A DNA stretch of 61,627 bases, the filler included, from Porpidia crustulata (lineage: Eukaryota): assembly GCA_964255105.1 (NCBI GenBank). It is 12 parts of 12 records of this genome, joined end to end, with 100 filler letters (N's around TTAATTAATTAA, not from the genome) between each part and the next. Parts side by side here need not be neighbours in the genome. Positions count along the whole stretch, not along the records: positions 56,601 to 61,627 come from CAXUWE010001929.1; 11 more parts are not named here. One strand, written 5' to 3'. How positions within the stretch are numbered: position 1 is the first letter of the stretch; the number at the start of each line of letters is the position of its first letter. Below the pieces are notes generated by a model. The model was not told the origin of the DNA. It did not search any database and was given only the letters and a program-made list of their open reading frames with translations. Below are positions 59,119-61,627 of the stretch, piece after piece. The translations under genes were made by a program, and so were the position numbers.

Positions 59119-60906
59119 ATGGAGGATCACCTCAGCCAGGTGAGCTGGGGGTGAGAGCACGTGACGCTGCTCACCCAAAAAGCGGCGAGGTCACTTGCTA
59201 GAATCGATCAGGGCGAGGGGCCTGCCCACGTACATATTCGGATTGCCAGTAATGCCGGAGTAGGTGAAAAGACCTTGAGAGAAGTCCGAGAACTTGTGGC
59301 TGTACCGAATACTATCGGTGATGGAGGTATGCTGGCCGCTACTGCTATGATGAAACGCCATATTGCGTGGAACTAACGTCGCTCTTCTTCAGTGCAAGGA
59401 AAGTCTAACGTCGAGGCCGAAGTTCTTGCTAGAATTATCAGAATTGACATCGCAAAAATACGACACTATCTGAAGGATCTCCGCGCTGTCAGAAGTGTCT
59501 TCGACGAGCCTGTCTCTACTGTCAAAGCACGGATCATGGCATCTTCAACTCGGGGCCTGCTCTAGAGGAATTTCTGGCATGGTTTAGGCACTTCGCCGCA
59601 ATCAAGGATCTGCCTCTAGATCTAGAACTGGGGAGTCTGCTTGAGTGCGTCAAATGGGCTCAAAAAGCTAGACCGTTCTACCTCGATCTTCTTTGGGCTG
59701 CTTTCTCTACCAGAACCCATTATTTGCCACGATGGATTTACATCATTTTCAAGCTGGGACGGTATGACATTGCTTCCAAAGCTCTCGTCCAGCTCGCCTT
59801 TGAATTTCCTGCTCTTTTCAATCCTGTGATCGTCGAACCGGACGTAGCGCCTTTGCGGATACCTTTTACCTTCCCCGCGGGTGAGATACCACTGACATGC
59901 GTCTTACGTAGGGTGGTGGGACCTCGTACTCCGGAATACCTCCCACGTATTGCTATGATCTGGAATACATCGAATGTAGAGAACTATTTTCGAGAAACTT
60001 GCTCCCTAAATCTAATTGTGCACGCTGAGATACAGCTTGTCAATTTCTACAATCATAATCAGCAATGCAGGCCATCATTTCGGTTTATTGGAGTAAGCAA
60101 GAAATCTTGCTATTTCTGTCACATGTTCCTTGCAGCTCACCCGGACTCCTTTTGTGTTTCATCTTGCCATCAAAAATTGTATTTGCCGTGGATTCCTCCA
60201 CCGGCCACTGATTCTAGTATCTATCGGCGATACAAAACCATCACCAACGAACTGAGCAAGTTGATGAAGCAGCAGCAAAACATGACATTGAAAATCGTCT
60301 AGGTGGTCAACGTAGACCGATTCCTGCGGATTCCACAGCAGGAGTGTCTCTTCCGGCCTGACAGATATAGTAAGAAGGGAGTCTCCAGATCTGTCACAGT
60401 TGCAAGGGAGTATACATGTCAGCTCAAGTATTTTAACGGAGCGCGGTGAGGGTAAAATTAGGAAGGAAGAAGAGGCTATTCAGTCCTCAATGTCATTGCA
60501 CCCCATCGACGTAGTCGAGCTCACGCCAGTGAATATAGATATCGAACCAATCATATCGGGCAAAGGAGACGAAGCAATAGCAACAGAACAATTAATCAAT
60601 AACAGCAACTCCACCTCAGTTCTGGCAATGGTTCTCCATTTTATGCGAGCTGATGAACTTGACAAGCAGGACATTGTCAGCATGAGAGACATCTTTGATC
60701 TTTCTACCAATCGCCCATCTTGGGAGAAACTACTCGAGATCTTGAAGGCGGACGACGGCTTTGGAATTGCCTTCAAAGAGGGTCAACAGGTGTTAATGAT
60801 AAATAATCAGATTCGGGTGAGCAACGAGCGACAATTTCTTGCTTGTTTACAGCACCTACTGAATTCGAACAATTTAAGCTGCGAAGTCCTCGTATGCAAT
60901 GTATGA
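59119..60906 (+). pseudogene. OTT_1508-like nucleic acid/nucleotide deaminase, several stops and frameshifts
   Basis: IRIASNAG, KLGRY, VHAEIQLVNFY..FIGVSKKSCYFC..SSCHQKLY.PW; TGA at 59152; frameshift near 60266 (LM/EAAAKHDIENRLGGQRRPIPADSTAG). Confidence 0.8.
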
Positions 60907-61296
60907 GGTAAGACTTGGTAAAGAGCAAGCAGTCCATTCCTTTTGCAAAAGCCATGAGGTCAAATCTGCTGATCTTTATCGGAGAGGATATACTTTGCCA
61001 ATAGCGTCTTGCCCGCCAGTCAATGGAGCGATTCTTGATGTCGGCATTGCCAATGATTCGATGAAAGCAATGATAGCAACTTTCCTGTTTATAGAAATCG
61101 CATGACTGAAGCATAGTCGGATAGAGCGATGCAATCTTGAATGAATTGACAAGCATCTCAAAAGCTTTTCCGTCGAGCAGATTGGATGAAAAACTCATAT
61201 GTCATTTTTTGATCTTGCTTCACTTGCTGAATGATATTGATTCTTGTTAGCTTAAACGACTTAAGTACTAAACACTTAATTTTCATTAATGAATAA

Positions 61297-61487
61297 ATAT
61301 ATATTATATACACCCTGAACTTAGAATTGAGGATTGTCGTTTTCGATCGAAAAAGAAAGTAGAATCGCTTTGAAGGGAGCAAGAAGTGAGCACGAGGACG
61401 CAGCAAGGAAGCAGTGAGGGAGCGCGGAGGAGTATTGAGGGAGCAGGGGAGAGCATTGAGGGAGCAAGGAGGAGCAAAGGGAGAGCA
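61297..61487 (+). repeat. Dispersed repeat copy 2, with extra 10-11-bp GAGCA units
   Basis: Homologous to 57183-57331; differences are mostly transitions. Confidence 0.85.
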
Positions 61488-61627
61488 TATCGACGAAATG
61501 AACGTTGACGGAGAAGTAAATCGACGGTACCTTAGTCAGCAGCTAATCACGTGCTATTGAATCCTAGGAATCTATATATATATTATGGGAAAGTATAACG
61601 GTACACCCCCTTTGTTTACACGTACAC

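Noticed and set aside
8864..59154. Alternative genetic code (UGA=Trp) to explain in-frame TGAs
   Set aside because: Conserved genes (BMT2, MCM2, CYC2, LURP) end normally at TGA and use TGG for Trp.

Overview
Eukaryotic, intron-rich DNA from a filamentous ascomycete (Pezizomycotina; possibly lichen-forming, low confidence). The window is not contiguous. It is 12 unrelated ~5.0-kb contigs, sorted by decreasing length (5068 to 5027 bp) and joined by artificial 100-nt N44-TTAATTAATTAA-N44 linkers, so gene adjacency only means something within a contig. Housekeeping genes: ADE5,7, BMT2, RPL25, a CDF metal transporter, an intradiol dioxygenase, a Het-C/TinC-like gene, VPS28, UBR7/Mlo2-like, MCM2, an epoxide hydrolase, pinin, PHF5A/RDS3, a Pcl cyclin start, a LAT-type permease and CYC2. 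Accessory content: a decaying tandem BTB pair, Kex2-type small secreted proteins, a PD-(D/E)XK-like orphan, a frameshifted archaeal/dCTP-deaminase-type dUTPase, and a SET-MYND plus OTT_1508-like deaminase pseudogene block lying between two copies of a diverged repeat. The best candidate for an undescribed system is contig 3 (10335-15397), a compact head-to-head gene pair. One gene encodes a HeLo-like N-terminal helix plus a kinase-C-lobe-like pseudokinase (MLKL-like architecture). The other encodes an uncharacterised helical domain fused to a whole, catalytically dead PNG1 copy. The layout resembles a paired executor/sensor immune or allorecognition module with an integrated decoy. This is inference and needs comparative searches. 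Exon boundaries were traced by eye and family assignments come from recalled motifs, not database searches.
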